DNA of 64,000 bases from Octopus vulgaris. Taxonomy: Eukaryota. The position numbers and the translations under genes were made by a program. Of the stretch, positions 50,766 through 62,782 are shown piece by piece. Each line of letters starts with the position of its first letter. Positions within the stretch are counted from its first letter, which is position 1. The notes under the pieces are model-generated. The model did no database searches. It had not been told where the DNA came from and worked only from the letters and a program-made list of their open reading frames with translations. The stretch spans positions 2,542,001 through 2,606,000 of the forward strand of contig OX597816.1 of NCBI GenBank assembly GCA_951406725.2. The letters run 5' to 3'.

Positions 50766-51062
50766 TTTTAACTGTGAAATTAAATTCCAGTTATTCTAGT
50801 AAAGATGTTAAACATCTACCAAAAAATAGAATTGTCATTTTCTGCAATTCCCATTGCCTCGACAAACTTGACATGGTTCAGCAATAGAAGTCATTTCAAA
50901 CATGACATTCTTCAACAAAGACCGTTATGTAAAACTGCTTTCCATCGTTAAGGGAAATGAAACGTTGAGTGGATAGACCTACTTTCTACAGTGAAAAAGT
51001 TCAAGACCAGCACACAACATAGCCAAGGGCCCTTGACAAACACTTTCTTCAGATTAACAAAT

Positions 51063-51419
51063 AGAAGCACTCCGTTGGTTGCGACGATGAGGGTCCCAGC
51101 TGATATGATCAACGGAACAGCTTGCTCGTGATATTAACGTGCAAGTGGCTGAGCACTCCACAGACACGTGTACCCTTAACGTAGTTCTCGAGGAGATTCA
51201 GCGTGACAAGGATGGCCCTTTTGAAATACAGGTACAACAGAAACAGGGAGAAAGAGTGAGAGAAAGTTGTGGTGAAAGAGTACAGCATGGTTCACCACCA
51301 CCCCCTGCCGGAGCCTCGAGGACCTTTAGGTGTTTTTGCTCAATAAACACTCACAATGCCCGGTCTGGGAATCGAAACTGCGAGTCCGCTGCCCTAACCA
51401 CTGGGCCATTGCGCCTCCA
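51063..51419 (-). mobile_element. tRNA-derived SINE with 13-bp TSD
   Basis: 5' GTGGAGGCGCAATGGCCCAGTGGTTAGGG..TTCGATTCC (A/B-box-like); TSD cagattaacaaat at 51050-51062 and 51420-51432. Related heads at ~13720-13985, 28170-28405 and 30735-30942. Confidence 0.88.
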
Positions 51420-52819
51420 CAGATTAACAAATGCTAAGACAAACTTAATCTTGACCGAACTTCTCTTGAAGCTGTCTCATCAAGCAGAGTGTGAGAGGGA
51501 CTCAAATCCAAACCAATTCTCTTTCTAATAAATTGTGCCAAACTATTTCATAACACGGTCCATCATTTCTTTCTAAACCACCCTTGCAGCATCTCCATCC
51601 ATCTGACATGACGAGTTCCTGTTCTGCCGGGGTTGATTAACTTTAAATAACAAACTAGTCTTAAATAAAACATGGTATTTGAGACTACGGTGGATAAGGT
51701 AGCATGAAGTACAAGATGCTAGAAAGTAAGATAGGATGGTCATAAGTAGGTTTTGGATCATTGGTATACTCAACCAAGGTTGACCTAGGGCTAAATTTGA
51801 CTGATGCTATTTCACCAACTGACTTCCTTCCAGAGAGATGAAAGACATTGGCAACTTGGGTAGATTTAAAAGTAGTTTGTTGATAAGAGAATTGGTTCAA
51901 TTAATTCTCTTAACACCCTTATTATTAGCAAAGCAAGGGTAGAGGGCTGACAGAATCTCAAAGACACGGCAGACGAAATGCCATCCAGGATTATTTTGAC
52001 TGGTCTTTTATTCTTTTGGAGGTTATTAGAATAAAGGACCAGGCAATTAATGGGGTTGAGCCTGTGATAGTGACTACAGCCCTTCCCTTCAGAATGACTG
52101 ACCAGAACAGAAACCACTACTGCCAAACCAAAACTAACATTACAAGCACAGGCGTGGCTGTGTGAGGAAGAAGCTGGCTTCCTAATCACATGGTTCTGGG
52201 TTCAGTCCCACTGCATGGCACCTTGGGCAAGTGACTTCTACTGTACCGTTGGGATGACCAAAGCCTTGTGAGTGGATTTGGTAGATGGAAACTGGAAGAA
52301 GCCTATTGTGTGTGCATGTATAGCATCATCATCATCATCATCATCACCATTTCACGTCCATCTTCCTTGAATGCATGGGAAGGACTATACGTATGTGTGT
52401 GTGTGCATCTGTGTTTGTCTCCTACTTCTGCTTGAGAACCGGTGTGGGTGTGTTTACATCTCTGTAACTTAGCAGTTTGGCAATAGAGACCGATAGAATA
52501 AGTACCGGGCTTTCAAAAAAAGTTCTGAAGTTGATTTGTTTACTCTTTTACTTTTTTACTTGTTTCAGTCATTTGACTGTGGCCATGCTGGAGCACCGCC
52601 TTTAGTCGAGCAAATCGACCCCAGGACTTATTCTTTGTAAGCCTAGTACTTATTCTATCGGTCTCTTTTGCCGAACCACTAAGTTACGCGGACGTAAACA
52701 CACCAGCATCGGTTGTCAAGCTGTTTGACTAAAATTCTTAAAGACAGTGCTCCAGTATGGCCACAATCTAAAGATGAAAATAAAAAACATCATAAAAACA
52801 ACAAAAAAAAAACATTTAC

Positions 52820-52870
52820 AATTTTTATTTTTTTAAGAATGTGTTTTTTTCTTTTTTTGGGGGTTTATTT
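52820..52870 (-). promoter_or_regulatory. Candidate SF3A2 polyadenylation signals (AATAAA)
   Basis: Minus-strand AATAAA at ~52864-52869 and ~52824-52829, about 100-145 nt after the stop. Confidence 0.4.
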
Positions 52871-52968
52871 GTGTTTTTAGTTTTCCAGTCCCAAACGAAG
52901 GAAATGAAGGAAATAAATTCTTTCTTTTTGTAAAATAAAAAGAAAAGATAAAACTAAAATGGAGATGA

Positions 52969-53343
52969 TTAATTCGGCATTGGAGGGGGTGGAGGTGGGG
53001 GTGGCACAGAGGGATGTGGGATGTTTGGAACGGAGGGTAGACGGACCGGTGGGGGGACGGGTGGTGGGGGAGGGGCAGTGGGTAGAGGAGCAGAGGGGGG
53101 TGGTCCATGGGGTGGAAGAGAGGAAGGAGGGGGAATTGGGGGTGGTGCTACAGGAGGTGGCCCCATCGGCGGGGGAGGTCGTGGTGGCATCATCCCTGCC
53201 AAGGACATAGGTGGCACCACTGGTGGTGGTGGTGGGGGCATGCGCTGTGGTAACGGTAGACTCCTTGGTTGGTTGGTTGGTGGCGGCGGAAGCGTTGGCT
53301 GGTTCAATTTCTGATCCAGTTTGAAAGCAAACTGCAAAAAAAA
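52969..53343 (-). CDS. SF3A2: SF3A2 terminal exon (FFLQFAFKLDQK + proline-rich tail, TAA stop)
   Basis: FFLQF.FK motif followed by a polyproline tail; CAG acceptor at 53344-53346; total CDS 990 nt = 329 aa + stop. Confidence 0.95.
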   Translation of the reverse strand, partial: FFLQFAFKLDQKLNQPTLPPPPTNQPRSLPLPQRMPPPPPPVVPPMSLAGMMPPRPPPPMGPPPVAPPPIPPPSSLPPHGPPPSAPLPTAPPPPPVPPPVRLPSVPNIPHPSVPPPPPPPPMPN

Positions 53344-53582
53344 CTGGGAAACAAAAAAAAGAAGACAATAATGAAATTAATTCAAATTAATTAAAACAGG
53401 TTCGGATGACAGTCATTAGTGACATGAAAAAATATGAGAAGGTAGGAGTTGTGGAGAAAGAGGGAAAGCAACAGGGAGTGGTTAGGGGCTGTGAGATCTC
53501 AAGATGCTGGTCCTTAAAGACCAAAGGAACACAGGATCAAAAGTGATGGCAGTAAGCAGTATTGCAGATCTGTCTTGATATT

Positions 53583-53965
53583 CTTTTCTACTCTAGGCAC
53601 AAGGCCTGAAAAATTTGGGGGGAGGGGGCCAGTTGATTAGATCGACCCCAGTATGCAACTGGTACTTGATTTATTGACCCTGAAAAGATGAAAGGCAAAG
53701 TTGACCTCAGAATGTAAAGATGGACAGAATACCTATTTCTTTACTACTCACAAGGGGCTAAACATAAAGGGGACAAACAAGGCCAGACAAACGGATTAAG
53801 TCGATTACATCAACCCCAGTGCATAACTGGTACTTATTTAATTGACCCCGAAAGGACGAAAGGCAAAGTCGAATTCGGCGGAATTTGAACTCAGAACGTA
53901 GCGGCAGACAAAATACTGCTAAGCATTTCGCCCGCACGTGCTAACGTTTCTGCCAGCTCACTGCT
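53583..53965 (-). mobile_element. Dimeric SINE, second copy
   Basis: Same architecture as 28640-29040. Confidence 0.8.
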
Positions 53966-54906
53966 TTCGACTTGTCTTGATTGAAGATGAAGACAGAGAG
54001 ATTCAAGTATTTCTTTGCTGAGGTTATAAGTAGAATAAATGGCTAGTTGTGGCAGTAATCTTTTTGTTAGTATTTTTCTGTTGAAAAACATTGCCTTTGA
54101 AAATATTGATGAATTTAGAACTGCTGTTTTTAAGCTGATATTTGGAAAATAACATGAAATTTTCATGTGAGATTTTAATTTAGATCACTTTAAAAACAGG
54201 GAATTTTTTATTAAAGAACCAAGGGCAGTTTCAGGAAAGCCATGTAAAATCATTGGTTCTGGAATGTTCTTCTGATTTCAGCTGAAGCCTCTTGTTACCT
54301 GCCTTTGTTAATTTTGGAAAGAATGAAGAATTTACTAAAATGAATTAAGCCAGTGTTTGGAACATAACATGAAATTATGATGGAAGGTTTTAATCAAGAT
54401 CACTTTAAAACGGAGTTTGTATCAAAGAACCAGGAACAGTCTCAGATGGACAAGAATCAAAAGGGTTCAATCACTCCAAGCTGACATGAAAGAGAAAGAA
54501 ACACATTCTATGGAATGTTATTTCTAAATCATCATCATCATCGTTTAGTGTCCGCTTTCCATGCTAGCATGGGTTGGACGGTTCAACTGGGGTCTGGGAA
54601 GCAAGAAGGCTGCACCAGGCTCCGGTCTTATCTGGCAATGTTTCTACAGCAGGATGTCCTTCCTAACGCAAACCACTCCGAGAGTGTAGTGAGTGCTTTT
54701 TACGTGCCACCGACACAGGTGCCAGACGAGGCTGGCAAACGGCCATGATCGGATGGTGCTCTTTACGTGCCGGGTTTCAGAAATTAAATGATTGTTACGA
54801 ATCTCTGCACAACTCAAAACTCAACTTGTAAGGTTCTAATAGAGTTGAGTCCAGGACCAAACTGATTCACAAAATAACTTTTGGCTCAAAACAACCAGAT
54901 ACCAAC

Positions 54907-54975
54907 CTGTTTGGTTTCTTTGTTCCAGTAGGTCCACAGCTTTTTAGGATCTTTATCAACTTCCCGACTAGGCAC
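54907..54975 (-). CDS. SF3A2: SF3A2 exon 7 (VPSREVDKDPKKLWTYWNKETKQ)
   Basis: Matches VPSREIDK...WTHWNRETKQ; CAG acceptor and GTTGGT donor; 69 bp. Confidence 0.95.
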
Positions 54976-56185
54976 CTGGGGAAAGAAAACAAAATTATCA
55001 AACAATATTTCTTTTAAAGCCACTAATGATACTTCCACGATTTCCATTTGGAAAGAAAACCTTCATATTTTAATATTTTTGTGAATTTCTATATTTAATA
55101 AGTTCATCATCATCATCGTTTAACGTCCGTTCTCCATGCTAGCATGGGTTGGACGGTTCGACCGGGGATCTGGGAAGCCAGAAGGCTGCACCAGGCTCCA
55201 GTCTGATCTGGCAATGTTTCTAGGACTAATTTTAAAACATTTTGTATAATTTTATTATAATTTTAAAATATAATTACTTTCCCTTAACACAGAAATGTTT
55301 CACCTAAATTTAGCAAAATAAATATTTTGGTGTAAAGAAGAGCATCCAACTATAGAAAAATACCGAATCAGACTGGAGTCTGGTCCAGGCCCTCAGCTTT
55401 CCAGCTCTGGCCAAACCGTCCAACCCATGCTGGTATGGACAATGGACGTTAAATGATGATGATGATATATATATGATGTGCCTGAGAAGATCCATCAAGC
55501 CAAGTGAAATCACAGTCATGACAGATACTGGCGTTATGCATGCAGCTGGCACACAAAAGCACCCCTTATACTCTTGAAGTGGTTGACATGTTAGGAAGGG
55601 CATCCAGCCATAGCAACCATGTCAAAGCAGACTGGAGTCTGGTCCAGCCCTGGTCAAACCGTCCAACCCATGCCAGCATAGACAATGGACGTTAAATGAT
55701 GATGATGATTATATATATATATATGTACATGTGGCCACACTTTCTCTTTCATCCTATCTACCACACATATTTTGGTTTCAAATTTTGTCACATGGGGGAG
55801 GGGTTATTCGATTACCTTTACCCCTGTGTATGACTGGTGCTTATTTTATTGACCTCAAAAGGAGGAAAGGCAAAAGTTGACCATAGCAGAACTTGGAACT
55901 CAGAACGTAAAGATGGACAAAATACTGCTAAGCGTTTTGCCAGCTGACCACCTCTACTTCATATATTTTGTAAAGACAAGAGATGCGTAGGGTTCGAAGA
56001 GTCGACTAAAGTCTTACCTTAAAGGCAATAGTTTCATAAGGTTCAGCTGCAAACAGTATTGGTGCATTTTACGTGCCACCTGCACGGAAGCCTGTCGTGG
56101 CGGCACTGGCTACTTCATATATTTTGTAAATCCGTGTGTAAAGACAAGAGATGCGTAGGGTTGGAAGAGTGGACTAAAGTCTTAC

Positions 56186-56326
56186 CTTAAAGGCAATAGT
56201 TTCATAAGGTTCAGCTGCAAACAGTAAATACTGCCATTTTCTGTCGGGGGGTTCCACTTTCTGTTCGTAGGCAGCCATAAATCTGTGACGTGGAATGATT
56301 ATATCTGCTATCTCTGGATAATCAAT
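56186..56326 (-). CDS. SF3A2: SF3A2 exon 6 (IDYPEIADIIIPRHRFMAAYEQKVEPPDRKWQYLLFAAEPYETIAFK)
   Basis: Conserved SF3A2/cactin-C-like domain; TAG acceptor and GTAAGA donor; 141 bp, phase 0-0. Confidence 0.97.
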
Positions 56327-57653
56327 CTACAGATAATCAAACAACAATATCCATTACAATTAAGACATCAGATGAATGATTAATGACTACATAACGAGAT
56401 ATAGATTAAATTAAATTAGCAACTCAATTTCATTCCTAAACTAATAAAATGTTTTGGGAAGAACACAATTGAAAGAAGGGGGACAATTCTAAAACAATTT
56501 ACAGAACAAGTTTATATTTGGTGGAATTGATGTCAGTAAATTGAAACCATTTTTCTTCTTCAAAAACACCCGACAAATATGGAAGGAGTCAACAAAATCT
56601 TGCTGGATTAAACTTAGAATTTGAGCACATGTTTTTACTGATATTTCTGTAGAAAGTAGCATCATGAAGTATAAGAGAGGGAGAAAAGACAAAGACGGAA
56701 TGCTAATAAAAATTAGTTGTCATCAAAATCTTCAATAATAAAAGAATCTTGAAACCAATTTTGATAAAAATGTATAAAAAAGTTGGAATTTGTAAGAATT
56801 TTCTAGACAGTATAGATTTTAATAATTCTTTTATTTTAGTAAAAGTTACAAACTCGAAACTACTCAATAAGCAGCTTGTGGTATATATGAAGGACCATAT
56901 TTTACTCAATTTTAAAAATGCTTAAATAATTTACCAAAATCAAAACAGAGAATTGACTTTTAAAAAATTTTAATTCTTCTAAAAGGCAAAGACTAGTTAC
57001 AGGTATATGTGTGTAGTTAAGAAGTTTGCTTCCACATGGCTTCAGTTTCAGTCCTACTGCACAGCACCTTGAAGAAATGTTTTCTACTACAGCCCTGACC
57101 ACAGCCATGTGCACAGATTTGGTTGATGGAAGCTAAAGGATGTCCCTCATGTGGCTATAAGTGTGCATACGTATTTCATTGCTATTATGCAAAAGTGTCG
57201 TAAGTCCAAAATGCTGCTTTTTCAGAAAACGAAAAAGTAGTTTCACCATTCCATAGCAAAACTGTTGTAATGCACTTTGACAATTTTCGGTATCTTGGCA
57301 TCTGAAGCAGTTGCAGAGATAATAGATTGACCAAAAGAACCGATTATTGCAAGCAAAAATAAATATTGGAAAAAATGCATTTGGTCAAATTTGGACATAC
57401 AACAGTTTAACATAACGGCAACGATTTGTATTTCCTTGTCTTGACACCATGTGATTGTTGTAAATGAGCATCACTGTCATACAAGCAGTGCCAGGCATTT
57501 CCAATCTTTTGTGAAAATGTCCAGCTAAAGGGAAATATTAACTTGTTTGAGGAAAGCGGTCCTCCAAAACCTGTCTCAATGACTCCCATTTGACCAATGC
57601 CAACAAAGGAAAGTGGACATGAAAACAATAATAAATGATGAGGATAGACTCAC

Positions 57654-57703
57654 CTGAAACAACAAACTCTGTTGCATTGTCTCTGGGTCTCTCTGTTTTG
57701 TGA
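57654..57703 (-). CDS. SF3A2: SF3A2 exon 5 (VTKQRDPETMQQSLLFQ)
   Basis: Matches VTKQRD...QQSLLFQ; CAG acceptor and GTGAGT donor; 50 bp, phase 1-0. Confidence 0.96.
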
Positions 57704-58136
57704 CTGAAAAATTTGACAAAGCAAAGTTTTTTAAAAATTACAGAATCAATTTAATGTTTTAAGGACACAACTTTCGTTTTAAAACAACATCTTTCATCTT
57801 TTCTACACGACTTCTTGAAAACTACATTCTCTTTACATTTAATTTTTATAACAATAGCTGATATAAATGTGGAATTCTCCGAATCACACTTTACACTGTG
57901 TTGTGTGTGTGTGAGAGAGAGAGAGAGAGTAAAAGAGAAATACAGAGAGAGTTAACAATAAGAGGTGTAGGATGAGTGCCTTGGAACTTTCTGAAAAGGA
58001 TGCATTCAGAATGCATTCAGGCAGTCGACCAGACGCAGTAAAAAAAACTAATTAGTCTTCCTAATTGGCTCAGGTGCTTCTACAGCTCACAGAAAGTGAA
58101 ATAATAAAATGGAGATATAATAGAAAAGAGCCTCAC

Positions 58137-58246
58137 CTTTGTAACCCGGTCGACCAATCTTGACAAATTTTTTGATTTCTACTTTGGCTTTCTCTGGCGC
58201 TGGTTGTGCTGGGGCGTCCTTCGCCTCCTTTGCTGCACGTCGAGCC
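58137..58246 (-). CDS. SF3A2: SF3A2 exon 4 (ARRAAKEAKDAPAQPAPEKAKVEIKKFVKIGRPGYK)
   Basis: Conserved KIGRPGYK; TAG acceptor and GTGAGG donor; 110 bp, phase 2-1. Confidence 0.95.
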
Positions 58247-59857
58247 CTAAACGATGATGATGATGATGAATGGGCTCAGGTGCTTCTAAAGCTCACAGAA
58301 AGTGAAATAATAAAATGGAGATACTAAGTAAGAATTTCTGAAGAATTATCATTTGGAAATGGTTTCATGGAACACAGTTTTGGTGAATGAGGATTCTGGT
58401 TACCATCTGACACTTCAATGGAAAATAATATAAAATCTCAGGAGAGAGAAAAACTGCAACAACCTGAGTTTCCAGTCCACTTTGTGGGGTGGGTGGCATT
58501 AGGAAGGGCATCCAGCTGTAAAAACTATGCCAAGACAGACCTTGCCAGTGCTGGTCCCACATAAAAAGCACTCAGTCCAATCTGTAAAGTAGTTTGTTGA
58601 TAGGAAGGAATCAACCATAAAAACAGATGGTTGAGCTTGGTGCAATTCCTTGGCTTGCCAGCCCCTGTCAAACCATTCAGCCCAGCATGGAAGACGAACG
58701 TTAAACGATGATAATGATGATGATGGTGGTGATTAGATTAGATTATTTTATTATTGATAATGTATTTTCAATTTTCATCTGTCACTTTGAGTTTCTGCAT
58801 CGCCCACCAGATAAGGGATCAGGGGATCCTGTCAAAGGCTTTCTCCAAGTCCACAAAAGCTAAGTATAGGGGTTGAATGAAAACTCAACTGGATCGAAGT
58901 ATATTTATTCACTGTTCCTAAATCAACACAAAAAGGGTTTGTTTTTTGCAGCTAAGGACAACCTAACAGCAAACACTAATTCAGTTTCCAAGTGCTATAC
59001 CTTTTTTGTTGTTAAAGGGAGAGAAGCCCTGGAGTACACTGGATACTATCCAACCCATGCCAGCATAGAAAACTGATGTATGATGATGATGATATGTGCA
59101 ATAAAACATAAAAGACAGTGCCACAAATGAAACCCTTGTGCCAGCGTCACGTAAAAGACCCAGTGCTGGTCCCACATAAAAAGTACCCAGTTACACTCAG
59201 TAAAGTGGTTGGCATTAGGAAGGGCATCCAAGCATAGAAACCCTGCCGGAATAGAGAATGGAGCCTGGACAATTCCCATCCTTATCAGCTTCTGTCAAAC
59301 CGTCCAACCCATGCCAGCATGGGAAAAGGACATTAAAAGAAGACAAGTGAGATTGTAAGGTTACACAATACAAACTCGTAAATTCTTTAATCTGGTGATT
59401 CTTTAGTCATAGATCACAACAAACTAAATGAAATACAGATTGTAATATTTGTTTTTCTTTTTTTATTTAATGTCTTCTTTGGTCTTGGATCAACCAGTGA
59501 CTAATAAAAGAAATTTGGGAAGGTTCGTATTCTTGGATGGCAGGGTTAAACCATCACCATTGATGGTCTTTAGTGGAGTCTAATCTGTTCCAAGTATTTG
59601 GGTGGGGTCTCCAACTTCTTTCATTCTCACCCAAAGGTCTTAGACTCCCTGAAAAGGGTCACTGGGCACTGATTATCTCCCCTGATCTAGTTATTTTAAA
59701 ATTGTTCAGTAAAACTGAGGAAGTTTAGAGACATCAACTAAACACAAGCGATGTTGGACAAGTTTCTATGCCTCAGTCTACTGAAGCACCAAATTAAAAA
59801 CATAATAACTTCGATAGAGATGATTAAGAAAATCAATAAAAATACAAAAACACTTAC

Positions 59858-59904
59858 AAATTAGCCTGGTGCTTTTTGCCTTGAGTATGGGCCAAGTAGC
59901 TACC
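59858..59904 (-). CDS. SF3A2: SF3A2 exon 3 (GSYLAHTQGKKHQAN-L)
   Basis: Zn-finger His ligands; CAG acceptor and GTAAGT donor; 47 bp, phase 0-2. Confidence 0.96.
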
Positions 59905-59983
59905 CTGAAAAGAAACAAATACAAAAAGTTCCCTTCAAGCTGTCATCATTCATAGATACAAGGAAATTGCTGAGAGAGTTTAA

Positions 59984-60204
59984 CCCTTTCGTTACCGTAT
60001 TTCTGTTGAGATGCTCTGTGTTTCTTTCAATTACTTTAAATATAACAAAGAATTTAGTAAAATAACTTACTTATCATTCAGCTAGTGTTAGGAACATAAA
60101 TTGTGACTTAATGCTTGGTGGAAGATTTTAATTCAAAACTTATGAAAACAGGACTTTTGTACTCAGAGCCAGAACCGCTTTCAGCCGGGTTGGTAACGAA
60201 AGGG
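59984..60204. mobile_element. piggyBac-type MITE (221 bp)
   Basis: TTAA target duplications (59980-59983, 60205-60208) and 13-bp TIRs CCCTTTCGTTACC/GGTAACGAAAGGG. Decayed relatives at ~1690-1860, 20830-21000, 25200-25460, 54050-54470 and 61605-61745. Confidence 0.85.
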
Positions 60205-61059
60205 TTAAGACAAAGTAGTAATTAATATACGATGATTATCAGTTTTAAATTCTACATCATCGACTATTCGCAAGTTTGGAATGAACGGATGAGTTTGAAT
60301 GTTTACATCCCTGAGATTGTTTTAATTAACATCATCATTGATAATTGCGTCACCATGTGGGAAGGTGACAATGGCAAGCTGGTAGGATTGTTTGCACAGC
60401 AAGCTAAATGCTTAGCAGCATTTCATCTGGCTTTACGTTCTGAGTTCAAATCCTGCTGAGATCAACTTGCCTTTTAGCTTTTTGGGGTCGATAAAATAGG
60501 TACCAGTTGAACACCAGGGTCAAAGTAATTGACCTAACCTCTCTTCTGAAATTGCTGGCCTTGTGCCAATATTTGAAACCAACATTTTACCCCAGGGCAA
60601 AAGCAGCAGCAACAGTAATACTACCTACTACTACTGGTAGTAGTAGTAGCAGCAGCAGCAAAGCCAAACTTATAAAATACTTTCCATAGATAATGTATTG
60701 ATATTTTCTTTCATTCCATTCAAGAAGGGTTGGATGAAAACCATTTCTTATGTTGAACATTTAGTCCTCTTTTAAGAACAGTTTTCAAAAAAAAAAAAAA
60801 AAAAAAAGGGCCCTGCCACCACATGTAAACAGCGGAATATAGTATTTGGGTCAGAAACCTAACAAAAATACAGGAGATGAGCAACGAAAGGTACCTAAAG
60901 CCTCTGACTTTGTAGATCAACCAAAAGGTTGGTGCTAAGGCTTTTAGATTCCAAATCGATGTGTGTCAAAGAGCCAAGGGAAGCAGTTGGCATCTTCATC
61001 AAATGTTTTTTAAGGAACACAAAATAGAGATTGCGACAGAAACAGTCGGAAAGATTTAC

Positions 61060-61131
61060 CTCATTGTTGTGTAATGTCAAACATAATTTACATTCATAAG
61101 ATCCCAAATGATTTTTCATAAAATAAGGGTC
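61060..61131 (-). CDS. SF3A2: SF3A2 exon 2 (DPYFMKNHLGSYECKLCLTLHNNE, matrin-type Zn finger start)
   Basis: Invariant SF3A2 motif; CAG acceptor and GTAAAT donor; 72 bp, phase 0-0. Confidence 0.97.
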
Positions 61132-62278
61132 CTGAAAAGAAGCAAAAACAAACAAAAATTAGTTTTCCCATTTAAATACATTCAAGAAAAAGAAAAAAAA
61201 ATTCACTTTTAAAGTTGAATTGTCTGGAATAAATACATAAACCGTTATAGGTAGACAAACAGACAGACGTCTCAGTGTGGATTGAAGGCTACTACAAACA
61301 ACCTTAATTTTTTACCCTTACTGGGGGTCATATGAGAAGCGTTACACCATTTGATGAATCCCAGAGAAAGAAGCAGCCATTCTCCTTGAAAACACATCAA
61401 ATCCAGAAACTGCAGAGAAAACTAACCAATCAATATGCTCAACTCTTAATATGGGAGGTTTAGCAACAGGCAACCCATCCCACACACAGGATCAACATAG
61501 GGTACCGTAGCTGTAAACCTACATAGCAGACAGATAAAAATATCCCTTATTTTATATTCCTATTTTTCAGAAAAAGATTAGGTAATAAGAAGAGATGACC
61601 GCATTTAACCCTTTTTGTTAGTTGTGCTTTGAATTAATTGTGAAAGTAAAGAACTTATTAAATAACTCTTGTTATCAAACTCGAGTTTGATGATAAATTA
61701 ACTTGAAATTTTGTTGGAAACTTTTAATGTAGATTGGTTTAAAACAAGAAGTGTATATCAGGGAAACAACTTTGTACTGACCAAAGCCTTAGAAGTGGAT
61801 TTAGGGGACAGAAACTGAAAGAAGCCCATTGTATATATGAGAGAGACAGAGAAAGTGTGTATGTGTTTGTGATTGGGTGATCGCAGTACATAAACGTCCT
61901 CACACAAGCAGTGTTCTTCGTTTCCAATCTTTCATGGAAATACGTCTGGTTGTGGGAAATATTACCTGCACAGGTGAAACAGCTGAAAGCTGGTGAAAGA
62001 AAGGGCATGAGCCAGTCATAGGAAATTTGCCTCAACAAATTCCATTTGATCCATACAAGTATGGGAAAGCAGGGATTAAAACAATGGTGATGGTCACGAA
62101 ATGACTTTTGTGGTGTTAATTATTTGACTATGGAATAGGAAGGAACCAATTTTTGCTAGAATAAAACCGAGTTGCACAATCTGAAGTTCCAAATCTTCAA
62201 CTTCTGTCTAAATTCTGTACCAAATTCTGGCAGAGCAAATGAAGAGGAAAAATAGATTTCTGTGGGATATTTTCTTAC

Positions 62279-62404
62279 CTTATTTAAATTAATGGTCTCC
62301 AAGGCCAACTGTCGCATTCGCTCTCGCCGGTCGAGGTTGGTTTCTGAAGCAGATGCCAACCCCCCAGAACCGGTCTTACCACCAGGTCGGTGTTGCAAAT
62401 CCAT
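62279..62404 (-). CDS. SF3A2: SF3A2 coding exon 1 (MDLQHRPGGKTGSGG...LALETINLNK, 42 aa)
   Basis: Near-identical to the SF3a66 N-terminus. AG|GTAAGA donor at 62278. A CAG acceptor at 62420-62422 implies an upstream non-coding exon. Confidence 0.97.
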
Positions 62405-62502
62405 AATTATTCAATGTGTCTGAAAAAGAAAAAAAAAATCAATCAAATTGATCAAAAGACAAAGCAACAATAAAAAACAGTAACAAAATTGTATACAAAA
62501 TT

Positions 62503-62782
62503 CATCATCATCATCATTTAACGTCCGTTCTCCATGCTAGCATGGGTTGGACGGTTCAACCGGGGTCTGGGAAGCCAGGGGCTGCACCAGGCTCCAGTCT
62601 GATCTGGCAGCGTTTCTACAGCTGGATGCCCTTCCTAACGCCAACCACTCCGCGAGTGTAGTGGGTGCTTTTTACGTGCCACCTGCACAGGTGCCAAGAG
62701 GGTCTGGCATTGGCCACGATCGGTTGGTGCTTTTAACGTGCCACCGGCACGGAAGCCAGTCAAGGCGGCACTGGCATCAGCT
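62503..62782 (-). mobile_element. RTE 3' tail fragment (another copy at 63360-63611)
   Basis: Same family. Confidence 0.85.

Noticed and set aside
51340-51419. tRNA-like sequence
   Set aside because: The head of a TSD-flanked SINE; no complete cloverleaf.
52877-53368. Overlapping alternative-frame and antisense ORFs (Thr/Pro-rich, Gly-rich)
   Set aside because: By-products of the CCN-rich polyproline exon of SF3A2.
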